A DNA stretch of 62,062 nucleotides, filler included. It is 6 parts of 6 records of this genome, joined end to end, with 100 filler letters (N's around TTAATTAATTAA, not from the genome) between each part and the next. Parts side by side here need not be neighbours in the genome. Positions count along the whole stretch, not along the records: positions 41,095 to 50,838 come from DRR723986_9266; positions 50,939 to 56,060 come from DRR723986_9269; positions 56,161 to 62,062 come from DRR723986_9287; 3 more parts are not named here. The stretch is one strand, 5' to 3'. Below the pieces are notes generated by a model, which saw only the letters and a list, made by a program, of their open reading frames with translations, searched no databases and was not told the DNA's origin. Both the position numbers and the translations under genes were made by a program. This document shows positions 48,647 to 58,054 of this stretch, piece by piece. The number at the start of each line of letters is the position of its first letter. The stretch's first letter is position 1.

Positions 48647-48686
48647 AAAATGGGCGCCCCATGACAGGGCGCCCATCTTCGTTTTC
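48647..48686. terminator. Bidirectional terminator
   Basis: ATGGGCGCCC-N7-GGGCGCCCAT flanked by A and T tracts. Confidence 0.75.
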
Positions 48687-48712
48687 CCTACGAGGTACAG
48701 GTCGCAGGGAGG

Positions 48713-49405
48713 TCACAACGGGATAACGAGCCGCAGGAAGCCGGACAGGCCGCGATCCTCGATCCCACCGAAATCGAACACACGGTAGGACACACCCGGA
48801 GTCAGCAGGATGCCACCTGCAAGCGGAATTGCCAAATAGGCGTCGGCGCGGCCATAGAGACCGGAGCCGTCGATCTGAAAGGATCCGCTGAACCCGTCGA
48901 CGGCAGCCCAGCCATACCCAAGGTTCAGGCCAAAGCCGAAGGTAGGCACCGCGATGGAACTGCTGGAATAGCCACCGCCGAGCGGTGTTTCATAGGCGGC
49001 GCCCACGAAAATACCGGTGAAGGTGGAACTGCCGGTTGTCGGAAACAGCCAGCCGCCGGACTCGAAGGCGTTGACGTCGGAGTTCATGTGCTCCAGCCCG
49101 AGCGTATAGGCCAGGACCGGGGCCGAGGAAGACGCCGAGGCCCCGCGCGCGGCGGCATTGAGCCAGGTGGCGGCAACCATCAGGCCAAGCGCATTTCCGA
49201 CATGGATGTTTTCCGGTCCACCCAATCCGGCCACAGTACGGCAATCGGAACAGAACGGTGACAGGAAGCCGAAGGTCAAGCGGTCCGGTCCCCGAGCGAA
49301 GCTGCTCGGGCCGCCGAAACTGAATGGAAGGCTTTGCGCGGCGGCAGTGCCGACGATGAAAAGGGACAGCAACAGCCCTGCCAGAACAGTGCAGATTTTC
49401 CTCAT
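48713..49405 (-). CDS. Exported hypothetical protein, probable small outer-membrane beta-barrel
   Basis: Signal ending AAA; Gly/aromatic-rich alternating strands; CSDC motif. Confidence 0.55.
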   Translation of the reverse strand: MRKICTVLAGLLLSLFIVGTAAAQSLPFSFGGPSSFARGPDRLTFGFLSPFCSDCRTVAGLGGPENIHVGNALGLMVAATWLNAAARGASASSSAPVLAYTLGLEHMNSDVNAFESGGWLFPTTGSSTFTGIFVGAAYETPLGGGYSSSSIAVPTFGFGLNLGYGWAAVDGFSGSFQIDGSGLYGRADAYLAIPLAGGILLTPGVSYRVFDFGGIEDRGLSGFLRLVIPL

Positions 49406-49535
49406 GGAACCAATCCCCCACAGATTGCATGATCCATTCAGCGTCGCGCTGGCCCGTGATTCCTTCAAGCCATTCGCGGAACTCTGACCTCATGTGTTGC
49501 AGAATGGTTGACGCTACGTAAGTTTTTACGTGAAA

Positions 49536-50576
49536 TCAGGTGATTGACACAAGCGCCCGCGCCTCTGCCGCGCCGATTGCGGGGCGAGCAAGCGGGCCGT
49601 AGGCCGAGGTTGCGTGCCGCAATTCCGGGAAGATCTGCAAAAGCTCCTCTCGGGCATCGTGATCCAGCGCGCTGATCGTCTGGTCAGCGGGGTGAAAGCT
49701 TTCGGCGGCAATGCCCTCTGCCAGCACGATCTGGTGGCGGTCGAACAGCAGATGCCAATATTCCACGCTGACGCATGGGGCGGACCGGATTCGCGTGCCA
49801 TCGATCAGGTGTTTGGCCGCAACAAGAACCTCGTGGTCACCAAACAGCAGTTCTGCCCGTGGTCCGTCGATCAGCAGCCGGTGCTGCGGCGACAGAAGCA
49901 GTCTGCGACGATTGCCCAGAACGCCGGCGTCGATCAGGACCGGGGCCAGATTGCCACGGCCCGGCACCCGCCGCCCGCCGATCCAGCGCAAGGGTTGCGG
50001 GCCGTCATCGCGGGTGCGGATCAGGTCGCCGGAGCGCAAACACTCCACCGGGCGATCCCCCTCGACCGTGCCGATCAGGGTGCCGCGTGCGAAACATACG
50101 AAGAAATCGGAATAGGCGGCGTCCGAGTTGAAGCCGCCGTTTGAATAATTCACCGACAGGTCTTCGGCCACGATGGAATAGGTTGTGCCGGGCACGATGC
50201 CACCACCGCCGGGATTGGCGGGGTCTTCCATGACAACGAAATAGCCGTCATTGGTGACCGCCTGATTGTTGCCTTGCTGATTGGCGCCGGTATTGACCCA
50301 GACCATGATGAAGCTGTTGGTGCCGTCCGTGACCTGATAGGCGATCTCGTATTGATGCAGGGCATTCGTGTAGGTGGTGCCGTCGACCGTGCCGCTGACC
50401 AGCTGGTCAGCGTCGACCGGGTTGAAATCGTCGGGCGTATCGTCGGTGCCGCCATCCGTTACGGTGACGATATCGGCACTGGCCGACGCCCCGACGGTAA
50501 AACTGTCACCCACGGTAAAGCTGGACGGGTTGCCCAGATCCTGAAGGCTCCACGCCTGCATGTCGTAACTTGGCAT
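49536..50576 (-). CDS. Hint (Hedgehog/intein, Hint_2-type) domain protein
   Basis: VCFARGTLIGT, LRSGDLIRTRDDG, SPQHR, HQIVLAEGIAAESFHP; acidic N-terminal passenger of about 160 aa. Confidence 0.9.
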   Translation of the reverse strand: MPSYDMQAWSLQDLGNPSSFTVGDSFTVGASASADIVTVTDGGTDDTPDDFNPVDADQLVSGTVDGTTYTNALHQYEIAYQVTDGTNSFIMVWVNTGANQQGNNQAVTNDGYFVVMEDPANPGGGGIVPGTTYSIVAEDLSVNYSNGGFNSDAAYSDFFVCFARGTLIGTVEGDRPVECLRSGDLIRTRDDGPQPLRWIGGRRVPGRGNLAPVLIDAGVLGNRRRLLLSPQHRLLIDGPRAELLFGDHEVLVAAKHLIDGTRIRSAPCVSVEYWHLLFDRHQIVLAEGIAAESFHPADQTISALDHDAREELLQIFPELRHATSAYGPLARPAIGAAEARALVSIT

Positions 50577-50741
50577 CTCGTGCGCATCCTCGTACAGGCG
50601 CCGTGGTTGCCCACGGGCCGGATGCCCCCAAGTTCCTGTCTATCTGCACAATAAGGAATGACCGGGGCGCAATCCTGCCGTGATCGCGGCAGTTGAGGGA
50701 TGACTAGGCCCAAAGCCTTTCCAGCCGGTTAACCCGGACAG

Positions 50742-50775
50742 AAAAACGCCCCGGCCAGAGGACCTGACCGGGGCG
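50742..50775 (-). terminator. Intrinsic terminator
   Basis: Minus strand CGCCCCGGTCAG-N5-CTGGCCGGGGCG-TTTTT. Confidence 0.75.
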
Positions 50776-50799
50776 CCTGTTTCAGGAATGCCGAGCCAA

Positions 50800-50838
50800 T
50801 CAGGCGGTGATCAGGCCCATGCTTTCCAGCTTCAGCAG
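50800..50838 (-). CDS. C-terminal fragment of an unidentified gene (LLKLESMGLITA*)
   Basis: Open frame from the contig edge ending in TGA just before a terminator. Confidence 0.5.
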   Translation of the reverse strand: MLKLESMGLITA

Positions 50839-50938
50839 NNNNNNNNNNNNNNNNNNNNNNNNNNNNNNNNNNNNNNNNNNNNTTAATTAATTAANNNNNN
50901 NNNNNNNNNNNNNNNNNNNNNNNNNNNNNNNNNNNNNN
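50839..50938. other. Artificial contig linker
   Basis: N-run + TTAATTAATTAA + N-run. Confidence 0.99.
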
Positions 50939-51560
50939 TGGCGCGTTCTGGAACATGGGCGAGAACTGCTCGGCCTCATCGCGGCTGATCGTCCACAAGG
51001 ACGTAAAGGCGGAGTTGCTGGAGCGCATCGCCCATCACGCGAAACAGTGGAACACGGGCGACCCGCTGGACCCCGAAACGCGGATGGGGGCACTGGTCAG
51101 TGAGGCGCATTACGACAAGGTCTGCGGATATCTGGACAAGGCGGACAGCTTTGTTTTTGGCGGCAAGGCTGAAGGTGGTTTTGTCGAAGCCTCCGTGGTG
51201 GAAATCCCCGGAAACGAACACGTTCTGGCGCGCGAGGAGATCTTCGGGCCGGTCCTGTCCGTGATCACCGTGGACAATTTCGACCAGGCCATTCGCATTG
51301 CCAATGACACCGATTACGGTCTCTGCGCCTCGCTCTTCACCGCCAATGCCAAACGCGCAATTCGCGGCGCCCGGATGTTGCGGGCGGGGACAGTGACCGT
51401 GAACAGCTTTGGCGAGGGTGATGCCTCCACGCCCTTCGGCGGGTTCAAGCAGTCGGGTTTCGGCGGGCGCGACAACGGCATTCATGCGCACGACCAGTAC
51501 ACCCAGCTGAAAACCATCTGGCTGGACCTCGCCGATGACGCGGATGAGGCGGTGGAGTGA
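50939..51560 (+). CDS. Aldehyde dehydrogenase (PuuC-like), C-terminal part
   Basis: NMGENCSASSR, EEIFGPV, NDTDYGL, PFGGFKQSGFG. Confidence 0.9.
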
Positions 51561-52885
51561 GCGGACATCTCGCCCGGCGCCTGCCGGTTCACAAGGGGCC
51601 GGCGGCATGGTCGGCCATCCTGCCGGGGCAGCCCGCCCCGGTGCCGCTTACGGAGAACATCACCGCCGATGTGGCGGTGGTTGGCGCGGGGTTCGCGGGG
51701 CTGTCTGCGGCGCGGCGGCTGTTGCAACTGGACCCCGGTTTGCGGGTCGTGGTGCTGGATGCGGGCCGCGTGGCAGAAGGTGCAGCAGGCCGCAATTCCG
51801 GTTTCATGATCGACCTGCCGCATGATCTGGCATCCGACGACTACGCCGGGGCGGGTGATGACCGGACGGTGACGGCGCTGAATCGGCAGGCCATTGCCTT
51901 TGCGCTGTCAGCCGCCGATGAATATGCCATTCCCCGCGATTTCGCGGATCCCGTGGGCAAGGTGAACGGGGCGGCCAGTGTCGCTGGCCATGCCCACAAC
52001 GAAAGCTATGCGCGCCACTTGTCCTCGCTTGGCGAGGCGTCGGAACTGCTCGACGCCAAGGCGATGGAGGATCTGACCGGCAGCGCCTATTACCTGTCGG
52101 GCCTCTACACGCCGGGCACTGTGATGCTGCAACCGGCGGGGTACATCAGGGGGCTGGCAGAGGGGCTGAAAGCCAAGGCGTTGATCCATGAAACCAGCCC
52201 CGTCACCGGCATCGCCCGGATTGGCAATGACTGGCATGTCAGCACCACGCATGGGTCGGTCACTGCGCCCAAGGTGATCATGGCCAATAACGGCCATCTC
52301 GAAAGCTTCGGCTTCGCAAGCAGGCGGCTGATGCACATCTTCCTCTACGCCTCGATGACGCCGGTCCTGCCCGAGGGCGCGGTGAAAGGCGCAGACCGGT
52401 GGGGCGTCACGCCGTCCGATCCCATGGGCACCACCATGCGCAAGATCAGCGGTGCGCAGGGGGGCAGCCGGATCATCACCCGGACGGCGGCCAGTTTCAA
52501 ACCCGGCATGGTGGCAAGCGACGCCGCAATGAAACGCGCCCGCCGCATCCATGACCAGAAATTCGGCAACCGCTTCCCGGATTTGCGCGGAATGGAGATG
52601 GAGTTCACCTGGGCGGGGCATCTGTGCCTCAGCCGCAATTCAGTGTCCGTGACGGGCGAGTTGGAGGAAGGTCTTTACGCCGCCTGTTGCCAGAACGGGC
52701 TTGGCACCGCGCGGGGGACGTTGACCGGCATGGGAGCCGCGGAAATGGCGCTGGAGATAGAGACCGACATTACCCGCGCCCTGCGCGCAGACCCGGAACC
52801 CACGCGCCTGCCACCGCGCCCGTTTTCTGACATCGGAGCCAACATGTACCTGAGGTGGAAGGAATGGCGTGCGGGCGCGGAATAG
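51557..52885 (+). CDS. FAD-dependent oxidoreductase (DAO/PuuB-like amine oxidase)
   Basis: VVGAGFAGLSAA, GAAGRNSGF, CQNGLGTARGT. Confidence 0.85.
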   Translation: MSGHLARRLPVHKGPAAWSAILPGQPAPVPLTENITADVAVVGAGFAGLSAARRLLQLDPGLRVVVLDAGRVAEGAAGRNSGFMIDLPHDLASDDYAGAGDDRTVTALNRQAIAFALSAADEYAIPRDFADPVGKVNGAASVAGHAHNESYARHLSSLGEASELLDAKAMEDLTGSAYYLSGLYTPGTVMLQPAGYIRGLAEGLKAKALIHETSPVTGIARIGNDWHVSTTHGSVTAPKVIMANNGHLESFGFASRRLMHIFLYASMTPVLPEGAVKGADRWGVTPSDPMGTTMRKISGAQGGSRIITRTAASFKPGMVASDAAMKRARRIHDQKFGNRFPDLRGMEMEFTWAGHLCLSRNSVSVTGELEEGLYAACCQNGLGTARGTLTGMGAAEMALEIETDITRALRADPEPTRLPPRPFSDIGANMYLRWKEWRAGAE

Positions 52886-52894
52886 AGTTGACCT

Positions 52895-53512
52895 TCAGCG
52901 AGCAACCCCTTTCGCAACAGGGCTTAGAAACCTGTCCAATATTGCCTGCGTTGCTGTACTGACCGCCTCTCGTGCCTCCTCTGGCCCGGCCCCGGCCACA
53001 TCCAGCAACGCCGTCATGGCCTCGATCCCGGTCGCAAGTGACAGGGCGCGGATCAGCTTTTCTTGCTGTGCCGCAGGCAGCCCCCCGTCATCCTCAGACA
53101 GCGCCTGACGATACATGCTGATGCGGCGCGCGCCACGTCGCATGCCCTTCGCACCCGAAGCCGACACGGTCAGCGTTCGCCCCAGAAACTGGCGAAACCC
53201 CCCTTCATAGGCAAGGGCGAGGTCAAGAAAGTATAGGTTGATCGCAGTCAGCCGGGCGCGCAGGTTCGGTGCCTCTAGCGTTATCTCCTCGTAGGGCTTC
53301 ACCTCGATATCCAGCATCGCCTCTGACACCAGAATGTCAGGGTCAGAGAAATATCGGTAGGCCGTGGCCTTCGACACCCCTTGGCGCGCGGCGGCCGCTG
53401 CAACGGTTACGGGCTCTCCATCCCTCAGCAACTGACGGGCACCATCGAGGATTGCCCTGCGTGTACGTGCTTTTTGATTTGGTCTGCCGTCGCTCATCGC
53501 ACTCTCAAACAC
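52895..53512 (-). CDS. TetR-family transcriptional regulator
   Basis: RTRRAILDGA..L, TVAAAAARQGVSKATAYRYF. Confidence 0.9.
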   Translation of the reverse strand: MFESAMSDGRPNQKARTRRAILDGARQLLRDGEPVTVAAAAARQGVSKATAYRYFSDPDILVSEAMLDIEVKPYEEITLEAPNLRARLTAINLYFLDLALAYEGGFRQFLGRTLTVSASGAKGMRRGARRISMYRQALSEDDGGLPAAQQEKLIRALSLATGIEAMTALLDVAGAGPEEAREAVSTATQAILDRFLSPVAKGVAR

Positions 53513-53532
53513 ATTTCCATGGCGTGACTTCG

Positions 53533-53567
53533 TGAGACTATTGTCTCATTATAAGATATGTGTATCA
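53533..53567. promoter_or_regulatory. Two tandem TetR operator candidates
   Basis: Perfect TGAGAC-N4-GTCTCA (53533-53548) and degenerate TAAGAT-N4-GTATCA (53552-53567) between divergent tetR and cupin genes. Confidence 0.7.
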
Positions 53568-53600
53568 TATAGCCCAGAATCAAGCAACAGGAAACACCCC

Positions 53601-54056
53601 ATGACCAATCGCGCAAGAACATTTAACGTCTTAAATATCCTCATGAACTTCCATGCGTTTCCCGATGAGGTAGATGGAAAATACTGCCTGGTCGAATGCC
53701 TGGTTCCCGTCGGTGCGGGCGCACCCCCCAACCACCATGCCGGAGAAACCGAAGGGTTCTATATCCTCGACGGACAGGTTGGCTTCATGATCGACGGCAA
53801 GGAAACTCTCGCTCAAAAGGGCGATTTCGTTCCCATACCGGATGGGGCCGTGCATGCCTTTCAGGCTGTCGGCGATGCGCCTGCGCGGCTTCTGATCCTG
53901 AACAGCCCCGGCCACATGCATGTCGACTTCTTTACCGGGATCGGCACCGCGCTACCGGAGGGACAAACCGACCTGCCCGCCCCTTCTGAACCGAACATTC
54001 CGGCCGTGCTGCAAAAGGCAGAGGCCGTTGGAATGACCATCCTGCCGCCCGCCTGA
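53601..54056 (+). CDS. Cupin domain protein
   Basis: PPNHHAGETEGFYILDG and GDFVPIPDGAVHAF metal motifs. Confidence 0.85.
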   Translation: MTNRARTFNVLNILMNFHAFPDEVDGKYCLVECLVPVGAGAPPNHHAGETEGFYILDGQVGFMIDGKETLAQKGDFVPIPDGAVHAFQAVGDAPARLLILNSPGHMHVDFFTGIGTALPEGQTDLPAPSEPNIPAVLQKAEAVGMTILPPA

Positions 54057-54078
54057 CCAACGCACCGGCACGGAAAGA

Positions 54079-54954
54079 TCAACGCGCGACAGGCACACGG
54101 CGGCGGCGGCGAAGGGCGATCAGGTTTGACACCAGCAGCGCCCCGATCACCACCGCCCCGCCAAAGATCGCCCATGCTCCGGGGTCTTCGCCCACCACGG
54201 CCCAGACCAAAAGTGGCGCGAGCACCGATTCCAGCAGGATCAGCAGTGCGACCTCGGCAGAGCTTAGATAGCGGGGGCCAAGGACCAGCAGGCAGGACGA
54301 CGCGCCGATGATGGCCCCGTGGGCTAGGAACAGCGGCCATTCCGTGTGAAAGCTGGCAACTGGATCGGCGAAAAAGGACATCATCAGCGCCGCAAGAAAA
54401 TAGGCCACCGGAACCGCCGGGATCATCGACGTGTCGCGCAGCTTGCGCACCGCCGTCAGCGCCGCTGCGAAAGACGCAGAGGTATAGACAGCCCATAGAT
54501 CACCCTTCCACGACGCCAGCTCATTCTCGCCCGAGCCATAGGCAATGATCGCCAGCCCCACGAGAACGGCAGCGATGGTCCACAGCATCCTCTTTGTGAT
54601 CGGTTCGCCCAGAAAGACGCGGCTGAAGACGGCGGCGAAGATCGGCATCGACGCAAGGATGAACACCACATTCGCAACGCTTGTATAGGCCACCGCCATC
54701 ACGAAACCCGGCGCGGTGGAGGCCAACAGCAATGTGTACAGCACCCCCGGCCAGCCGGTGCGCAGGACAGCGCGAAATCCACTGAGGCCCTGAAAGATCA
54801 GAACCGCTGAAGTGACCAGCAGTCCCGCAAACAACCCGCGCCAAAAGACGATGACCGTGGGTTCGGCCTCGATCAACCGCACGAACAGCGAATCCGGCAC
54901 CACCAGAAGGACGCCGCAGGTGGTGATCAAAAGGCCTTTCAGGTGATCTGTCAT
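54079..54954 (-). CDS. DMT/EamA family transporter
   Basis: About 10 TM; PIFAAVFSRVFLGE, LLESVLAPLLVW. Confidence 0.85.
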   Translation of the reverse strand: MTDHLKGLLITTCGVLLVVPDSLFVRLIEAEPTVIVFWRGLFAGLLVTSAVLIFQGLSGFRAVLRTGWPGVLYTLLLASTAPGFVMAVAYTSVANVVFILASMPIFAAVFSRVFLGEPITKRMLWTIAAVLVGLAIIAYGSGENELASWKGDLWAVYTSASFAAALTAVRKLRDTSMIPAVPVAYFLAALMMSFFADPVASFHTEWPLFLAHGAIIGASSCLLVLGPRYLSSAEVALLILLESVLAPLLVWAVVGEDPGAWAIFGGAVVIGALLVSNLIALRRRRRVPVAR

Positions 54955-55006
54955 TCCGCAGACAGAGGCGCAAAGCAGGGTCGAAGTAAAGCGCGAACTG
55001 GCTTTG

Positions 55007-56060
55007 TCACAACTCCTTGCAGACCCTCAGGGCGTCGTAAACCGCTGCGTGGATATTGCGCCCCGCCACCGCGTCGCCGATCCGGGCAAGTTGGTAGCGG
55101 CCATCGGGGTTCAGCATCCGGAAGGGATCGGTCCCCGCAATCATGGCCCCGTGGTCAAGCTGGCCGAGGTTCTGCGACCCCGGTTTCAGCGCATGATACA
55201 GACCATCCGAAGGGGTTAGACCGTGCTCCACCACCACATGATCAACCTCCCGGGTTTCGGTTTCGCCGGTCAGCACATGGCGAAGGGTGGCGCGGCGTTT
55301 CTGGCCGTTTGCCTCGATGCTAACCAGGTCATGCAGGCAAGTCAGCCGCACCCCGTCGCGCGCCAGTTGGCGCAAAGTCACGGCAGAGGTCGTGGGGCCG
55401 AGATCGTGCAGCACGGCGCGGTCAGGGGTCACCAGTTCAAGGGCACAGCCCATTTCGGCCAGCGCATCCGCCGTCACAGCACCGGGCTGGTCGCCTGCTT
55501 CATCGAGCAACAGGACCAAGCCCGAGGGCCGCGCCGCGCCGGACAGCACATCCCAACTGGACAGGATCAGGTCATTGCCGGGGATCGCGGGCGGATCGGG
55601 CCAACCGCCGGTGGCGATGATCACCACGTCGGGGGTTTCGGCCTGCACGTCCTCAACCTCGGCATAGCAGTTTAAACGGATATCCACGCCAAGCCGCTCC
55701 ACTTCCGCGATCAGCCAGTCGGCAACGCCCCGCACCTGTCGCCTCACCCTGCCCTTGCAGGCCAGCAACAGCTGCCCGCCCAAACGGTCCGCCGCTTCCA
55801 TCAGCACCACCTCATAGCCGCGCAGCGCCGACACGCGGGCGGCCTCCAGCCCGCCGGGGCCACCACCCACGACGACCACCTTTCGGCGGGCCGCAGCGGG
55901 GGCGATCACATGCGGCATCACCGCCTCGCGCCCCGTTGCCGCGTTATGGCCGCAGACGGCGGGCTTGCCCTGATTCACCCGATCGACACAGGCACCGAGC
56001 CCGACGCAGGGGCGGATGTGATCCTCCTCTCCGCGCATCAGCTTTGCCACCAGATGCGGG
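55007..56060 (-). CDS. OYE-like NADH:flavin oxidoreductase (N-methylproline demethylase-like), C-terminal part
   Basis: IRPCVGLGACVD..C.HNAATGRE Fe-S motif, VVGGGPGGLEAARV, IGDAVAGRNIHAAVYDA. Confidence 0.85.
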
Positions 56061-56160
56061 NNNNNNNNNNNNNNNNNNNNNNNNNNNNNNNNNNNNNNNN
56101 NNNNTTAATTAATTAANNNNNNNNNNNNNNNNNNNNNNNNNNNNNNNNNNNNNNNNNNNN
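56061..56160. other. Artificial contig linker
   Basis: N-run + TTAATTAATTAA + N-run. Confidence 0.99.
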
Positions 56161-56689
56161 CGGCGACTTCGTGCATCCCTACAACGACCCGCGCGTGATC
56201 GCGGGGCAGGGCACCTGTTCGAAGGAGTTCATGGAGCAGACCGACGGTCTCGATATGGTCGTGGCCCCCATCGGCGGCGGCGGCATGATCTCTGGCACCT
56301 GCCTGACGCTGGCGACGCTGGCGCCGGAGTGTCAGGTGATCGCGGCAGAGCCAGAGCAGGCGGATGACGCCTACCGCAGCTTAAAGGCCGGTCACATCAT
56401 CGCCGACGACGCGCCCAAGACCATCGCGGACGGGCTGCTGGTGCCGCTGAAGGACCTGACCTGGCACTTCGTGTCGACCCACGTGACCGAGATCTACACC
56501 GCCTCGGAGACAGAGATCGTCGACGCGATGAAGCTGGTCTGGAAGCACCTGCGCGTGGTGATGGAGCTGTCTTCGGCGGTGCCCATGGCCTGTGTCCTGA
56601 AGAATCCCGAGGCCTTCCGCGGCAAGCGCGTGGGCATCGTCCTCACCGGCGGCAACGTCGACCTCGACCGCCTGCCCTGGATGGTCTGA
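56161..56689 (+). CDS. bhcB: Beta-hydroxyaspartate dehydratase, C-terminal part
   Basis: HPYNDPRVIAGQGT, PIGGGGMISG, TIADGL, TGGNVDLD.LPW; upstream of the aldolase. Confidence 0.85.
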
Positions 56690-56705
56690 GCCAAAGCGAA
56701 ACGCC

Positions 56706-56731
56706 GTAGGCCGGGCTTAGGCCCGGCTTAC
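56706..56731. repeat. REP-like palindrome
   Basis: GTAGGCCGGGC-TTAG-GCCCGGCTTAC. Confidence 0.55.
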
Positions 56732-56749
56732 CCCGAAAAGGAACGAAAG

Positions 56750-57913
56750 ATGAAAGACATGACCAACCTCGACGCTTACGACGTCGGTTTCGACATCCCC
56801 GCCAAGCCCGGCATGGACGCGGCCGACATCCAGACCCCCGCGCTGGTCCTCGACCTCGACGCGCTGGAGCGCAACATTCGCAAGATGGGCGATTACGCCA
56901 AGGCGCACGGGATGCGCCACCGCGCCCACGGCAAGATGCACAAGTCCGTGGACGTGCTGAAGCTGCAGATGGAACTGGGCGGCGCGGAGGGCGTCTGCTG
57001 CCAGAAGGTGTCGGAGGCCGAGGTCTTCGTGCGCGGCGGCATCGAGGACGTGCTGGTCTCGAACCAGGTTCGCGACGCGGCAAAGATCGACCGGCTGGCG
57101 CAGCTGCCCAAGCACGGTGCGCAGATCACCGTTTGCGTCGATGACGTGGCGAACGTGGCCGAACTCTCCGAGGCGGCGCAGAAGCACGGCACCGAACTGG
57201 GCATCTTCGTCGAGATCGACTGCGGCGCGGGCCGCTGCGGCGTCACCACCACCGAGGCGGTAGTCGAGATCGTCGAGGCCGCCCGGGCCGCGCCCAACCT
57301 GTCCTACAAGGGCATTCAGGCCTATCAGGGCGCCATGCAGCACATGGACAGCTACGCCGACCGCAAGGCCAAGATCGACGCCGCCGTGGCGCAGGTCGGC
57401 GACGCGGTCGAAGCGCTGAAGGCGCTGGGGATCGAGACCGGCCTCGTCTCTGGCGGCGGCACCGGCTCCTACCCCTTCGAGTCGAACTCGGGCCTTTATA
57501 ACGAGCTTCAGTGCGGCAGCTACGCCTTCATGGACGCGGATTACGGGCGCATCCTCGACGCGGACGGCAAGCGCATCGACGCGGGCGAGTGGGAGAACGC
57601 CTTCTTCATCTTCACCTCCGTCATGTCCCACGCCAAACCCGACAAGGCGATCTGCGACGCGGGCCTCAAGGCGCAATCCGTGGACAGCGGCCTGCCCTTC
57701 ATCTTCGGGCGCGACGACGTGGAATACGTCAAATGCTCGGACGAGCACGGCGTCATCAGCGATCCGCACGGCGCGCTGAAAGTGGGCGACAAGCTGAAAC
57801 TTGTGCCGGGGCACTGCGACCCCACCGCCAACCTGCATGATTGGTATGTCGGCGTGCGGGGCGGCAAGGTTGAATGCCTCTGGCCCGTATCCGCACGCGG
57901 CAAGGCTTACTGA
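56750..57913 (+). CDS. bhcC: 3-hydroxy-D-aspartate aldolase
   Basis: IQTPALVLD, HGKMHKS, GAGRCGV, SGGGTG, DAGLKAQSVDSG, SDEHG, PGHCDPT. Confidence 0.9.
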   Translation: MKDMTNLDAYDVGFDIPAKPGMDAADIQTPALVLDLDALERNIRKMGDYAKAHGMRHRAHGKMHKSVDVLKLQMELGGAEGVCCQKVSEAEVFVRGGIEDVLVSNQVRDAAKIDRLAQLPKHGAQITVCVDDVANVAELSEAAQKHGTELGIFVEIDCGAGRCGVTTTEAVVEIVEAARAAPNLSYKGIQAYQGAMQHMDSYADRKAKIDAAVAQVGDAVEALKALGIETGLVSGGGTGSYPFESNSGLYNELQCGSYAFMDADYGRILDADGKRIDAGEWENAFFIFTSVMSHAKPDKAICDAGLKAQSVDSGLPFIFGRDDVEYVKCSDEHGVISDPHGALKVGDKLKLVPGHCDPTANLHDWYVGVRGGKVECLWPVSARGKAY

Positions 57914-58054
57914 CTTTTCGTGACCGGAGGACCCGGCCCGGGAGGGGCCGGGAAGTCGCCTGTACCGTATGCCCCTTCCTCCGGGCGGCGGCGGACAGGC
58001 GCACGAAAAGGCAGGTGGAACACCAACCGACCACCGTCTGAAAGGGAGACGACA

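Noticed and set aside
28171-56160. Five copies of TTAATTAATTAA within N-runs as a biological repeat, and any operon logic across them
   Set aside because: They are identical 100-bp artificial linkers with stops in all frames. The flanking DNA differs in composition and taxon, so cross-contig neighbourhoods mean nothing.
56560-56580. BhcB motif reads MELSS rather than the usual EPS
   Set aside because: A single-base CCG-to-CTG difference could be a sequencing error or private variant and cannot be judged without reads.
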